Under the pieces are notes generated by a model. The model was given only the letters and a program-made list of their open reading frames with translations, did no database searches and was not told the origin of the DNA. The position numbers and the translations under genes were made by a program. DNA of 64,000 bases from Eledone cirrhosa (lineage: Eukaryota), in the NCBI GenBank assembly GCA_964016885.1, contig OZ024741.1:102920001-102984000 (forward strand). The letters run 5' to 3'. Positions 1-12,204 of the stretch are shown piece after piece; the stretch's first letter is position 1, and every line of letters begins with the position of its first letter.

Positions 1-29
1 TTCATAATCTTCACGGGCAGGATTGACTA

Positions 30-290
30 GCATAACCGGGTTATATGTGATATCATGTCTGGTGGGTATAGGATCCGTCGGCTGGAATTTGCAGGCGACA
101 TTGTATTACTTAACTCGTCAGGAGGTAATCGCCGACATGCACTTGATGGGTTTGCTACCGAGTACTGCACGGCAAAAATGAAAATCAGTGCTACAAAAAC
201 TGAAACATTTGTCCACTCAAGGAAGCCTATGCAGTACAATCTACATGTGAGTGGAGTTCCTCTGAAGCAGCCAAAATGGGGTTCATCCGA
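30..290 (+). pseudogene. Degenerate RTE-like non-LTR retrotransposon RT fragment
   Basis: ORF 55..306 reads RRLEFAGDIVLL...HALDGFATEYCTAKMKISATKTETFV...LHVSGVPLKQ, matching the (F/Y)ADD motif C (decayed to FAGD) and the 'GMKISxxKT' motif D of RTE-type RTs. Confidence 0.65.
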
Positions 291-668
291 AGGGTCTTTG
301 GAGTAATGTTGGTCAGAGAGACGCTTCAAGTAGAACCACTCTTCTTTGAATTCAGAGATCACTGCTCCGATTCTATGGATATATGATTATTTTTTATTTT
401 GCCCACGGACACAGTGTTCCACTTCATTTAGGTTACGAATCCATGATATTACGCTTCTGAGATCAGTACCGTTACCACTCGGCCGCTACTAATTCAATTA
501 ATGATTGAATTTTTTCATATAAATATCTATTTTATCATGTCTAATACCATTCTATTTCAATGCATTAAGTAGGAAATCACACGTAAAATTCTCCTAACCT
601 ACACATTCAATAAATTTGTAAAGCTTGGAATACCATTAAACTATTTCACTATAGAAAGAGAAGGGGAT

Positions 669-697
669 TGTGTGTGTGTGTTTGCTGGTGTGTGTGT

Positions 698-791
<94 letters not shown>
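669..791. repeat. (TG)n microsatellite
   Basis: Directly visible; explains the HT/CV ORFs. Similar (CA/TG)n tracts at ~7605-7700, 25664-25780, 29050-29154 and 36269-36394. Confidence 0.95.
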
Positions 792-794
<3 letters not shown>

Positions 795-2290
795 AATCAA
801 ATTTTAGTTTAGCAAATTTTATCTTGCTGAATTGCTGAAACTCCAAAACACTACAGGAAAACTAGCTCGATTGCATAAATGTTTTCTAATACATTTAAAA
901 CTGATTTTCAATTTATAGAAATATTTAACTTATGTATAAATTTTATGCAATCAACTAAACATAAAATTGTTACCCTTTCAAAATATAATTATGCAATATC
1001 CACATAAGAAATGTAAATGAAGTTATCGGGTGCGAAATATGCCTTAAACACCAATAAATACAACATATAATTTGTATAACAATATATTTCATGTAATAAT
1101 CCAAAAGTGAGCGCTGAATCAGTCTACCAAATGCTTTTAAAAATGTAGCCACAAAGTTTCAAACTTGAAAACTTGAAGTAAATGTAAAGATTCTGCCATA
1201 CAAATCAATATGTGATGGAATCTGAAACAATCGTAAGAATGTCGGGAAAAGGTCATTTGGTATCTGTACTGGTTCTTTACGTTATGAGTTCAAATCCCAA
1301 GGAAGGAATTCAAAAGATGGAGCCAAAAAATTCTATATCACTAGTAGCAAACGGGCGGCTTGCCGATGGAAATTATGACAATCTAAATAAACAGTTATTT
1401 CTATATTATAGCAAATCCCTAATGTAATACTAGAGACATGCGTTTTTATACTACACGTTTTATACTACACTTAAAACTAGTATTGTTATCGTTATTGGAC
1501 TTCCATTAGTTTCCCCGATGTTGCAGCTGTTCGAACAACGGAACAGCCTTCTCAGTAAATTAACGTGGAAGTGACTGAGCATTTCATAGCCACAAACCCA
1601 CTTAACGTAGTTCTTGGGAAGGTTTAGGTTGACCCTTTGAATTACAGGTACAACTGATTTGAGTAACGTGATATATGTCTTACTCAAGGACTCAAAGTTC
1701 TGCCAAGAATCGAACACACTACACGCACCTTTATCAAAGCTGCTATAGATAAGATATATATCCCCCCCCCCCCCCCCACACACACAGAAGACGAGATCGT
1801 ATACATATGTAAATATACTCCAAATCTACAGTCAAACTAGAAAATAGAATCAAGTTTTCCCCTTGTAGTGGGTATTTTTGCTGTTGTTATGGTTCATAGC
1901 TGCACAGGTTTTGAACTTCCTTTTTTTTTTTTAAGATAGTGACATATTTCGTATCGTAAGAGAAAGCAATAGGGAGTCATTAATGCAATAAGAAAACGTA
2001 AGGAAAATAAAAATAATCCTCTGTAAGAGAAAACAAACAATTACAAGTTAGACCCTAACTATGCTGAAGAAAAAAACTAGTAAGAAATAACAGGAAGGTT
2101 TTATAAATACATAACAAAATTCTAATATTGAGTAAAGATGTAAAAACAAATTGGAGAAAAAAAAACTCTTCATGGCGAATACTCCATAGCTAATAAGGGA
2201 TATAATCATGTACCAAACACGGTACATGATAACGACTGAGCCACAATTATTTGAGACATTCTGTCCAGGCCAATATATAGGAAAACATTT

Positions 2291-2350
2291 TTCTTCTTCT
2301 TCTTCTTCTTCTTCTTCTTCTTCTTCTTCTTCTTCTTCTTCTTCTTCTTC
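2291..2350. repeat. (TTC)n microsatellite
   Basis: Directly visible; explains the poly-Arg ORF. Confidence 0.95.
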
Positions 2351-3739
2351 CTCCTCCTAGGCGAGCTACCGACCCCAAATGATCTACCTGGATCCCCAAG
2401 CGAGACCAGCCGAGGTCATAAATGTTATCCAACAATCTTGAAATTTTTAAGTTAAAATAAGTAGATGATAGGAATAAGATTTTACTATAAAAATAGGGGG
2501 AGCTAAATTAGTTACAGCAATTTGTGGGGAGGGATAAATGAATTATATCAATTCCAGTGTGTGACAGATACTTTATTTTATCAACCCCGGAGGGATGAAA
2601 GGCAAAGTTGCTCACCGTCGGATTTGTGCTCAGAATGCAAAGAGCCAGAACGAACAATTGGATTCTGCTAATCCACTGCAATAAATCGAACAAAACCAAG
2701 AAAAGTTGTTGCCTTTATATGTCAAATAATGTCTGACACTGGGGAGAGGAATAAGTTTGATTTCGATGTTAACCTCTGAAAATCTATGTCAGAAAGATAA
2801 AATGTGTGCAGAAATGTAATCCAAGGGATATATAGATGTGGAGAGGGAAGAACTGCTTATACTGCTTAGTGCGATCCTTGGGATTCGATATCGTGCAGAT
2901 AATAACCAGTAAATTGTATTGGGTACAGATTCTATGCAGCATGCTATTAACAAGGAATAAACGCAGTGTGGGATTAAATGAAACTCAATGTGTTGGGTTC
3001 TTATTCTTTTGGTTTATAATCAGTAGTAAATGATGCACATTCACTGTAATTGATGAAAAATCTTCTAAGACCATATTGACATATTTTCAACTTCTCTCTT
3101 TCAACCTTCCTGTCTTTTTACACACTCGGCAGTTTCTTTACCACATTGGAGTGGAATTGCGTTTGTATGCTCATCATGAAGCTGTTAATGCTACCTTTTT
3201 TTTTGGCTATTGTTGTCATTGTTGTTATGGTTGGTTGTTGCAGTTATCTATAGTTTTCAGGTTGTAGCTGAAATGGCTGCCATGCAAGTTCATGTTGTCA
3301 AAGAAGTGTAATACTGGCAAAGGCGTGTGCAACTTATCAATCGGTTTTGACAGCCTAACTGCAAATATGTACAAAGGAGATAATATAGTCCTCATATATA
3401 AGAGAGCTGAAAGCATTGTCTACGTGACAAGTTTAGCGTTAGTTTACAGTTCTAGGCTCGTTTCCGGATATTGCTAAACTAATGAGAGGAATGTCTATTG
3501 TGTACTTCCGAGAAGCTGAATATCCACTTCTTTTTAAAACCGTGAAGTTAATAATATGCTGCTGGATACCACTGATTAGCTAACGCCAAGTATTCCACTA
3601 ACAGCATTTGCATATGATAAATTACACATTGATAGCTACCTTTCCTGCACTGAAGAATACTTGAAATTCTAATTGATCGAATCTGCACCAGAATATAAAC
3701 ACCCACGAGTGATTAAATATAAACTCAACATCGGCTCCG

Positions 3740-4050
3740 ACGTGTTCACCACCGTCGGTTACAATGATGAGGGTCCCGTGTCTTTGATCAACTGAACAGT
3801 TTGCTCGTGAAATTGACGTGCAGGAGGCAATAAAAACCCGCGTACTTTTGAGATAATTCTCACGGAGATTAAACATTTCAAGTTAGGCCTTTTGAATTAT
3901 AAGTGCGACTAATATCCCCGGCAGAATGGACTGGACCAAAGTGTTTTGCTCAAATACAAAATGCTCCCCCCACCCCCCAGTCAAGGAATCAAACTTACGA
4001 TCTTACGACTTGTGTGCCCAACATCTAAACCACTAAGACACATACTTTCA
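3740..4050 (-). mobile_element. tRNA-derived SINE family B, degenerate copy
   Basis: Similar to copies at ~1520-1700, 7755-8030, 16600-16910, 24420-24728, 27960-28310 and 54520-54800 (shared blocks like 'gtgtcttgctcaagg', 'gaattacaggtacaact', 'aaattaacgtgcaagtggctgagca'). Confidence 0.6.
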
Positions 4051-4269
4051 CAAATTTGGTAACGACACAGAAAGTAAATGAAAGATATTATCATGTGTCC
4101 TATGCTACCCGTTTATTTTAATTAAATTGATATAATTATTTGCCCTGTATATATTTATCTAACTTGTTTATCTTACTTTCGATTTTTAGCTCCTTAAACT
4201 TTGAATTAAACATACACACACGCGCGCGCGCACACACGCTCTCTCTCTCTCACATATACACACACACAC

Positions 4270-4314
<45 letters not shown>

Positions 4315-5314
4315 AATATATAGAGAGAAAGAGATTGTGTGTGTAGTCTGTTTACGGTTATTGTATATTTATGTCACGACCAGAAGAGATCGAGCAAATA
4401 TGATTTTAAAAAACTACGTATTAGGGTTGATGAAATCGACTAAATCCCGTCTGAGCGGTGCCCCAGCATGGCCGCAGTCTAATGACTGAAACAAATAGAA
4501 TAAAAGAATAATTAAACTGGGTGCAGATAATTCTCTATCTGGTGGTGTATATTGTGTTAATTCTGTTTTAGTTAATTGGGTGTTGCACTCACGATCATAA
4601 GATCGTGAGTTTGATTCCTGAACAAAGAGTCGTAGGGTGTTCTTGACCAAGATTCTTCCGTTCACTTTGCTCCAGTGTACACTACTGAAAAACAAATGAA
4701 TATCAGCAGCAGCTGGAAAATAACCCTCGTAATGGACTAGCATCCAGTCCAGGTAGCAGTCTTTTCCTGATAGGACTGGTGCTTCTATTATTAAACACTC
4801 GAGAAGTCTTCCAGCAGATGCAATCGCATAGAAGGCCAGCTAAACCTACATAGGTGTGAACTGCAACAAAAACAAAAGCTATAATAATATCCTGGTTAAC
4901 AATGGTATCAGATATTTCTATATTAAACTGCGGTATTTATTTCCGGCTCTTTGTAATCTGTTTTCAAATCCCGCTGCAGTTTAGCAGCTTCCCGAGGAAA
5001 ACATTAGAAATTCACCCATTACACAAACTTAATTAAACATAGATAGTACCAGAAATATCTGTGGTATTTCACCTGCTGAGAGTAGACGATAACTGACGAT
5101 GCTGACAATGATGATGATATTACTTGTTTGAGTTTGGACAATATCTCATTATTTTGGTTTTGTATCATGTCTATGTAAGTATCGATACATAGATATATGT
5201 GCGGATAGGCTCCTATGTGTAGATACATGTGCATAAATATATGTGCCTGGATGTTCGTTCGTGAGTGTATGTATACATGTAAGCATGTATGTATATATTA
5301 CATTATATAATTAA

Positions 5315-5501
5315 GGGCGGTGGATTGGAAGTATCAGTAGAGGGTTGGACGCCATGCTTTGATGCATAGAGTTACGTCCCTTTACGATCTGAGTTCAAAT
5401 CCCGCCGAGGTTAACTTTGCCTTTCATCCTTACGGGGTCGAAAAAATAAAGTACCAGTAATGTACTGGTTAATTGCTGGCCTTGTGCCAAAAGTAGAAAC
5501 A
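5315..5501 (+). mobile_element. tRNA-derived SINE family A with 13-bp TSD
   Basis: A-box-like TGGAAGTATCAG, B-box GAGTTCAAATCC, conserved central 'ctttgcctttcatccttacggggtcga..aaataaagtaccag'; TSD attatataattaa at 5302-5314 and 5502-5514. Confidence 0.9.
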
Positions 5502-5758
5502 ATTATATAATTAAAGCATGCTTTATCGAACTTTGGTTATTTATGATGAAATACATGCTTTTTCTATTTAGCTAAAGATCATTTGGTAGGAAATAACACC
5601 CTGGGATTGTGCAATAATTACATGTTGACTGGTCATCGTGAATATGTATTATGTATGTTAGAATTATATCATCTCATGTTGTGAATATAATATCCTGTCA
5701 TTCCAATAATAAAAGTCGAAAGTTTATTTCAGGTACTGACAGATACCTTATCAATAGG

Positions 5759-5805
<47 letters not shown>

Positions 5806-6205
5806 CAAGCGTTAAACTAATATATTTCTTCATTGTACTATGCCGTTTGTTTTTTTATGTTTCTTATTACTTTTAAATATATAAATTCACACACACGCAG
5901 ACACACATACGCGCGCGCGCACACGCATATATATATAGATATATATATATATAGTAAACGGAAAACATGAAACGAAATTTCATTTCTCACTCTTAGTACG
6001 GCTGTTACTTAAATATAAGTATGTACACGTACATACATATATGTATACAGACGTACAGTAGTATGTATGTATATATATATACATGCATGCACACATATAT
6101 ATGTACGTATTAACTCACTCGATATGCAAATTAGGCTGCTCAGCTGTTAATATGCACAAGGAAAGTATATACTTTCAGACGTTCAATCACCTGGCAGGAA
6201 GGTAT

Positions 6206-6248
6206 ACGTTGCTGATGATAGCTAATAAGCTTGAAACTAGTACAGCGT
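6206..6248 (+). ncRNA. Minimal type I hammerhead ribozyme (PLE-type)
   Basis: acgttg-CTGATGA-t-agct-aata-agct-t-GAAA-ctag-TA-cagcgt: stems I and II pair; palindromic stem III. Confidence 0.85.
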
Positions 6249-6473
6249 TCCTTTGTCAGTGTTGAACAAATGAGCAACGATGGTTGCTAGACACTGTACG
6301 GCTTAATTCGGGTTGTTTGTTTACAAACACACCGAGCATTATAATAAATGTTCGGTGAATCCATACGTACATATATATATATATGTGTGCATGTATGTAT
6401 ATATATATACATACTACTGTATGTCTGTATACATATATGTATGTACGTATACATACTTATATATAGTAATAAT

Positions 6474-6658
6474 TGTTTCTACTTTAGGCACAAGGCCAGC
6501 AATTACCCAGTGCATTACTGGTACTTTATTTTATCGACCCCGTAAGGATGAAAGGCAAAGTCAACCTCGGCGGGATTTGAACTCAGATGGTAAAGGGGCG
6601 TAACTATGATGGAAAGCATGGCATCCGACCCTCTACCGATACTGCCAATCCACCGCCA
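6474..6658 (-). mobile_element. SINE family A with TSD
   Basis: Reverse complement of the 5315-5501 family; tatatatagtaataat repeated on both sides. Confidence 0.9.
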
Positions 6659-7081
6659 TTATATATATAGTAATAATAATAAATGTGAAGACTAAAATCT
6701 CTAATAATAGGTAATATATACTGTCTGGATTGGAATCATGATGACTAAAATTATCTGCATTGGGGACGGGTCTTTGGTCGCCGAGCAGGGTCGGCCCCTT
6801 ACAGTGGATGCACTGGTCGGAGACTGGATATACGGTGATCAACGTTTAAATCATGATTGATTGAAAAGAGAAATACATATTGGCCTTCTCTTCCGGTTGT
6901 TGGAATCATGAATGGCTGAAAATTAATACCGTTGGTAGAGGTGGAAACTGTCAAAGTCCATCTCAACGGCCGATGCCCGAGAGTTCTGTATCATTTGTAT
7001 TTTTTAAATATATTTTGTTAAGATTTACCCTTAAAACATTGTTTTTCGTTCGTTGTCTTGTCCTCTATTAATTTTCTTAAG

Positions 7082-7130
<49 letters not shown>

Positions 7131-7140
7131 CTGTGTGTGT

Positions 7141-7584
7141 GTAAAAGGTAAACAGAAATAACAACATAAAGGGTACAGTATATGGAAGGGATATATTAGG
7201 TTAACGCTTGATATAGCAGGAAGAGCGTCTTAACGTTTCGGAGGCTAGTCCTTCATCAGAAGAAAGAATTAGAAATAAAATAGATTGAGGGGACGGGCGG
7301 AATGGAATTGGAAAAAATGTCTTTAGATAAAAATAACAGGTCCATTCATGTTGACATCTCTTGCATGCGTGTGTGTGTATTGAACAATGAAAATAAAACA
7401 AACGTCGGAGATATGTGGTTAATTAGTTCATTGTTTAACAAACCCGTAGCAGTCTACGCGTAGCTGTACAAGTGGCTGAGCATTCCACAGATAGATGTAC
7501 CCTTAACGCAGTTTGCATCAATATTCAGCGTGATTTAGTATATAACTACGATGACGCTTTAAAGCACAGATATATATGTGTGTG

Positions 7585-7681
<97 letters not shown>

Positions 7682-8329
7682 GTGCGTGTGTGTGTGTGTG
7701 TGTATGTATGTATATATGCATATACATATATATACAGTCTGTGGTGAGTAAAAGCGCTCGCGTGATTTTGTGGTTAAAATGCTGGGCTCCCGGCCGTAAA
7801 ATTGTGAGTTCGATTCCCAGACAGGCAGGGGTCTTGTGTTCTTGGGCAACACACTCATTTTCGCGTTGCTTCAGTCCACTCGGCTGGAAAAACTTAGTGC
7901 TATCTGTGCTTTAAAGCGTCATCCTAGTTATATACTATATCACGCTGAATATTCATGCAAACTGCGTTAAGGGTACATGTATATGTGGAATGCTCAGCCA
8001 CTTGTATTGCTACGAGTAGGCTGCTACGGTTTTGTTAAACAATGAACTAATTAACCACATATCTCCGACATTTGTTTTATTTTCATTGTTCAATACACAC
8101 ACACTCATGCAAGAGATGTCAACATGAATGGACCTGTTATTTTTATCTAAAGACATTTTTTCCAATTCCAACCCGCCCGTTCCCTTAATCTATCTTATAT
8201 CTCATTCTTTCTTCTGATGAATGACTAGCGTCCGAAACGCTAAGACCCTCTTCCTGCTATATCAAGCGTTAACCTAATATATCCCTTCCATATGCTGTTC
8301 CGATTGTGTTGTTATTTCTGTTTACCTTT

Positions 8330-8332
<3 letters not shown>
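7141..8332. mobile_element. Fold-back non-autonomous element: ~430-bp inverted repeats, SINE body joined to an HHR-bearing PLE-like tail
   Basis: 7141-7572 is an inverted copy of 7901-8332; right arm preceded by a tRNA-like head (B-box GAGTTCGATTCC 7806-7817); flanked by TG/TA microsatellites. Confidence 0.8.
7228..7263 (-). ncRNA. Minimal hammerhead ribozyme
   Basis: Minus strand: tctt-CTGATGA-a-gga-ctagcc-tcc-GAAA-cg-TT-aaga; the partner copy at 8210-8245 (+) is mutated (GAAAcgct). Confidence 0.75.
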
Positions 8333-8363
<31 letters not shown>

Positions 8364-8488
8364 CTTAAGGTAAACATTGATGCAATTCAATTCAAGCACT
8401 CAATGTACTTTTTCCGTATCGGAGTGACGGAGTATATATCGAAGAAAAAGCGAAGTAATTTCAGATGTTAAAGTCCTTTAATGATAAT

Positions 8489-8562
8489 GCTGTGATACAT
8501 ATTTCAATGACGACAGTGGCCACACGGTTCGGTGCACCAGTGCTGTGACATCATCAGACAGC
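8489..8562 (-). ncRNA. Hammerhead ribozyme in a solo PLE terminus (~8363-8908)
   Basis: Minus strand: gctgt-CTGATGA-(~45-nt stem II)-GAAA-tatgta-TC-acagc; stem I gctgt/acagc; the module lies between (TA)n tracts. Confidence 0.8.
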
Positions 8563-9020
8563 TTGTTACATAATAAGGTTATGTTTCCGAGGCAATCCAA
8601 ATTGAATCGACATGGGAACGGACAAAGCGTGTGCTCTTGGGTTCTTCGCCCATTCCCTTGTGAGTCCCAATTCACTCCCACCGCTCTGCGCAGGCGCAGG
8701 TCCGAAGGAAGTTGACCATCAACTACCGCAGCGTTCTACGAAACTTGCCTAGGCAGGTCCCGCCCCCCTCACCTGACCAATGACCCCATCCAACCTGTAA
8801 TATGACACGGTTATAGTTTACTGCTAGCCGGCCGAAAGCCAGTGGGGGTGGGAGAGTATGAGTATCATTAGGTCTCAATACTACCTCTAAATTAAGCATG
8901 GACAGTAGAATATATATATACATACATATATATATGTGTGTGTGTGTGTGTGCGTGTGTGTGTGCGTGTGTGTGTTAAGTATTTCCGTAGAAAAGGTAAA
9001 GGAAAGAAGAGTGCTCTATG

Positions 9021-9093
9021 TATTGTACAGACTTATTTAATTACATAATATACAATACAATATAATCATTCTATTACCAAAGGTTTCAAGAAA
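9021..9093. repeat. 73-bp direct repeat, copy 1 (copy 2 at 12566-12638)
   Basis: tattgtacagacttatttaattac...ccaaaggtttcaagaaa is identical at both ends of the Gypsy insert. Confidence 0.95.
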
Positions 9094-11494
9094 ATATCGT
9101 CCGGTGGTGTCGCTCCACGATTCCATTCCCGCTCGGCCTGTGCGCCGCTCTGAAGAAACGGTTCACCTTCCATCCATCGAGCATCTCCCTCAGTGCCTCC
9201 GAGCGGAAAGCTGCGCTGTTGTCCATCAGCAGTTCATCCACAGGGCCCCGCTCCAAGAACACCTCTCTCAACGTCCGAACGATTTCCTCGGCCGTTCCAG
9301 TCTTCATCTCCCTCCATATCGCCATTCGACCTGGTCCACAGTCGACCATCGAGAGGTACGTTCCCTGCCGGTAGTGCGTCACATCCACCGCTAATCGCTT
9401 CCAGTCGCGATCCACCGGGAGGCTTCCCGTTTCGTGTACACCCGGGGCGGGATAAATGGACTGACATCGGACGTAGCCTCTAACCACCCCGCGAACACTG
9501 TGTCTGCTAACGTCCGAGTCGATTCTCCTGGCTAGGAACAGGCTCCTATCCACCCCCATGTGGTGCATGTCATGCAACCCCTCCAGGTCTAACTCGGTCA
9601 GCCGACACACGGCAGCTATCTCATCCTCTACCTCCTCCGGCACTTCCATCCAGGCTTTCTTCACTCTAGTTAAGATGTCCGCCCTATTTTTCTCTGAGGG
9701 CACGAACACTACGCTCAGCTTCAGGTCGAACTCGGTGGCCAGCTCTCCTAACGTTCCCAGGCGGCGCTTTATCAGCATCTCCGCCGCGCCTCTCGTTCGC
9801 ACTCTCTTCTCACAGGTGAGCACTGATCTTACCCATCCGAGTACAGTAGCCGAGTCGGTGCGTATCTCGATGGTGCGCAGCCCCCACCGCAGGGCGAGGT
9901 TCACCCCTCTCAACACCGCGTCCAGCTCGGCCACATTGATGTGGATGCAGTCGTCCTTCTTTCTAAGCCAGGCTGCATCCTCGACCTCTACACCCCCTAT
10001 CTCCAACGTGACACCCAGCGCTATGCTGCTGGCATCGCACCATACGGTCCCGCTCTGTGATTTGGGAACGTACCAGCGTCCCCGCACTGGGTCGTCGGCC
10101 TTCACCCTCCCCACGATCTCCTGCATCATGGCCACCGTTCTCTCTCCCACTCTGTCACTCCAAGTCGCCCCTCCCGCTCGTCTCTTGACATAGCTGCATG
10201 CCGTCCGGAGCCACCCAGCGATCGGGTAGTGACCCACCAGCTTTCCACACACCGAGAAAAGCTCCTGCCTATTCATACTTGGGCCCAGTTCCGGAACTTC
10301 GTTTCCCCTCTGGAACACCAAAACGCCCGTCTTATCTCGCCGTAGCCTAAGTCCCAGCGCGGCTCCTCCCTCCAATGCTTCTGATGGCTTCGCAGTCAGT
10401 CCATACCTCCGCAAATGGCTCGTGACCTCCGCCGTCGACACCACCGACTCGTCCACTAGGATGTCGTCAATATAGGAGTTAGTAGCCCTCTTTATCTTGT
10501 CGGCCCTCCCCAGAGCGATCTTGAGGACCGCCGCCATGATCTTCGGTGCGGAGCTCAGCCCGAAACCGAGCCTGGTCAGGCAATATGTCCGGCCCTTATA
10601 CCTGACCAGCTGATACCGCCAGAGCTTCTCATCTATATGCAACTGCAAGTAAGCCGACTTTAGATCCACGATCGCTGAACCCCCCGTCATTCGTCTCCAC
10701 TCACGCAGGGTTTCCCCACAGACATCCGTGACCTCGCTACCCGTGTGGCATGACACGTGCTCGTTCAGCTCCCGATAGTCCAGCACCGGCCTCACCTTGC
10801 TCTTCGTGGGTTGCACCACCGCCATCAACGGCAATACTCCGCACTTCACCTCCTCCTTCCAGGGAAGCAGTATGCCCTCTTCGATCCATCTCTCTACTTC
10901 TCGCTCGAACTCGCTCCTAGCGCTTCCCTTCAATGTGTGTTGATAGCAGCCCACTTTGGTCTTCAGTGTTGATGGTTCTCCCTTCCAGTACCACTCAACA
11001 AACCATCGCTGCCCATCAAACACGGCCTTGAAGTCTTTGTCCTGTACAGTGTAAGTGGGGTATTCCTCCTCGTGGGCCTTCTGGTTCTCATGACGTGCAC
11101 TCACAGCGCATACCGATGCAGCGGCGCCAAACGACACACCGACATTGTTCACCGTGACGCCCCCTAGACGGCCAATCGCGTCCATGCCCATAACCACGCC
11201 GATCCCATCCACCACACTGTCTACCACGATGGCGGAAAGCCTTATCGTCCTTCCCCGTACCGCTATTTCCATCTCGCTGCGACCTCGGCATTCAATTTTC
11301 CTGCCGTCGACTGCCCTTACGCTGCTCTTCCCTCCCTACCTCTGCGCCACCCCCGCGGTCACCAGTGTCGTCGTACAGCCCGTATCCACGAGGGCTCGCT
11401 GTGGCTTCCCCCTCACGAAGACTTCCACCACGGGCAGTGCCGCTACTCGTAATGGGAAACTACCGGCGCAGTAGTTCCCCTTGGATCGTTTCCC
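9086..11494 (-). pseudogene. pol: Gypsy pol (protease, RT, RNase H, partial integrase) with one premature TAG
   Basis: Protease ALVDTGCTTTLV (~11362-11397); in-frame TAG at ~11336-11338; RT VRPVLDYRELN, DLKSAYLQ, LGFGLSSAP, YIDD; RNase H WCDAS, AELDAV, TDS, NRAD; IN AVDVT, MDNS, NGIVERHHRT, then truncation. Confidence 0.9.
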
Positions 11495-12204
11495 TGGTCG
11501 CAGTTAGTAGCGATGTGGCCTGGTCGCTTACACCGGTAACAAATTATCTCCGGCTTCGACTCTCTACAGTCTCTAGCCATATGCGGACCCTGGCACCTAA
11601 AACAGCGCCCCCTAAACTCACGCGGACGGCCGCGTGCCGAGGTTGCCTCCCTTTCACCATTTCGCTGCCAGGTGTCCTGAGCCTCCGTAGTCGCTATCGC
11701 CGCAACACTCTTTTTGGCATCTTCCGCTATGATCCGAGCTTGTTCCACCAGTGAACGCATTTCCATCTCTTTATACCCCGGGACTTGCTGCAGTTTCACC
11801 GCTATGTCGTCCGGAAATCCATTGATGAACGCCAACCGCACCGTGCGTTCGCATTCCGCCTGGTAACCGGCCAACATAGCCAACCGCCTTATTTCCGCTG
11901 CGAAAATGTCGACGCGCTCACCATTCCACCTGATTCTCGCCAGCTTAGCAAAAGCCGCCAACGGTCCCTCGGCGAATGCATCCATCAGACGCCTCTCAAT
12001 CTTCTGCACATCTCTTTGGCTATGCTCGTCCAACTCAAGGAAGAGTACCAGCGCGTCGCCCTCAAGGTACAATGCCATGAGGCCGGCCACGTCTCCTATC
12101 TTCTGCAAGCTTGCGACCAGCCGAACCTTCCGCAGCCAAGCGACAACAACACCTTCCCCGGTGAATGCCCTGATAGCTTCGTTCATCCGTAGTCTTGTCG
12201 CCAT
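11443..12204 (-). CDS. gag: Gypsy Gag with two CCHC zinc knuckles
   Basis: 253-aa ORF with CFRCQGPHMARDC and CYRCKRPGHIATNC, directly upstream of pol. Confidence 0.9.
   Translation of the reverse strand: MATRLRMNEAIRAFTGEGVVVAWLRKVRLVASLQKIGDVAGLMALYLEGDALVLFLELDEHSQRDVQKIERRLMDAFAEGPLAAFAKLARIRWNGERVDIFAAEIRRLAMLAGYQAECERTVRLAFINGFPDDIAVKLQQVPGYKEMEMRSLVEQARIIAEDAKKSVAAIATTEAQDTWQRNGEREATSARGRPREFRGRCFRCQGPHMARDCRESKPEIICYRCKRPGHIATNCDQGNDPRGTTAPVVSHYE
11453..11494 (-). promoter_or_regulatory. Putative -1 ribosomal frameshift signal (G GGA AAC plus hairpin)
   Basis: Heptamer G_GGA_AAC in the gag frame at 11494-11488; the -1 frame runs open into the protease motif; 11-bp stem gggaactactg/cggtagtttcc follows. 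Confidence 0.75.

Noticed and set aside
5315-5410. tRNA genes suggested by A/B boxes
   Set aside because: The boxes are SINE heads with no cloverleaf
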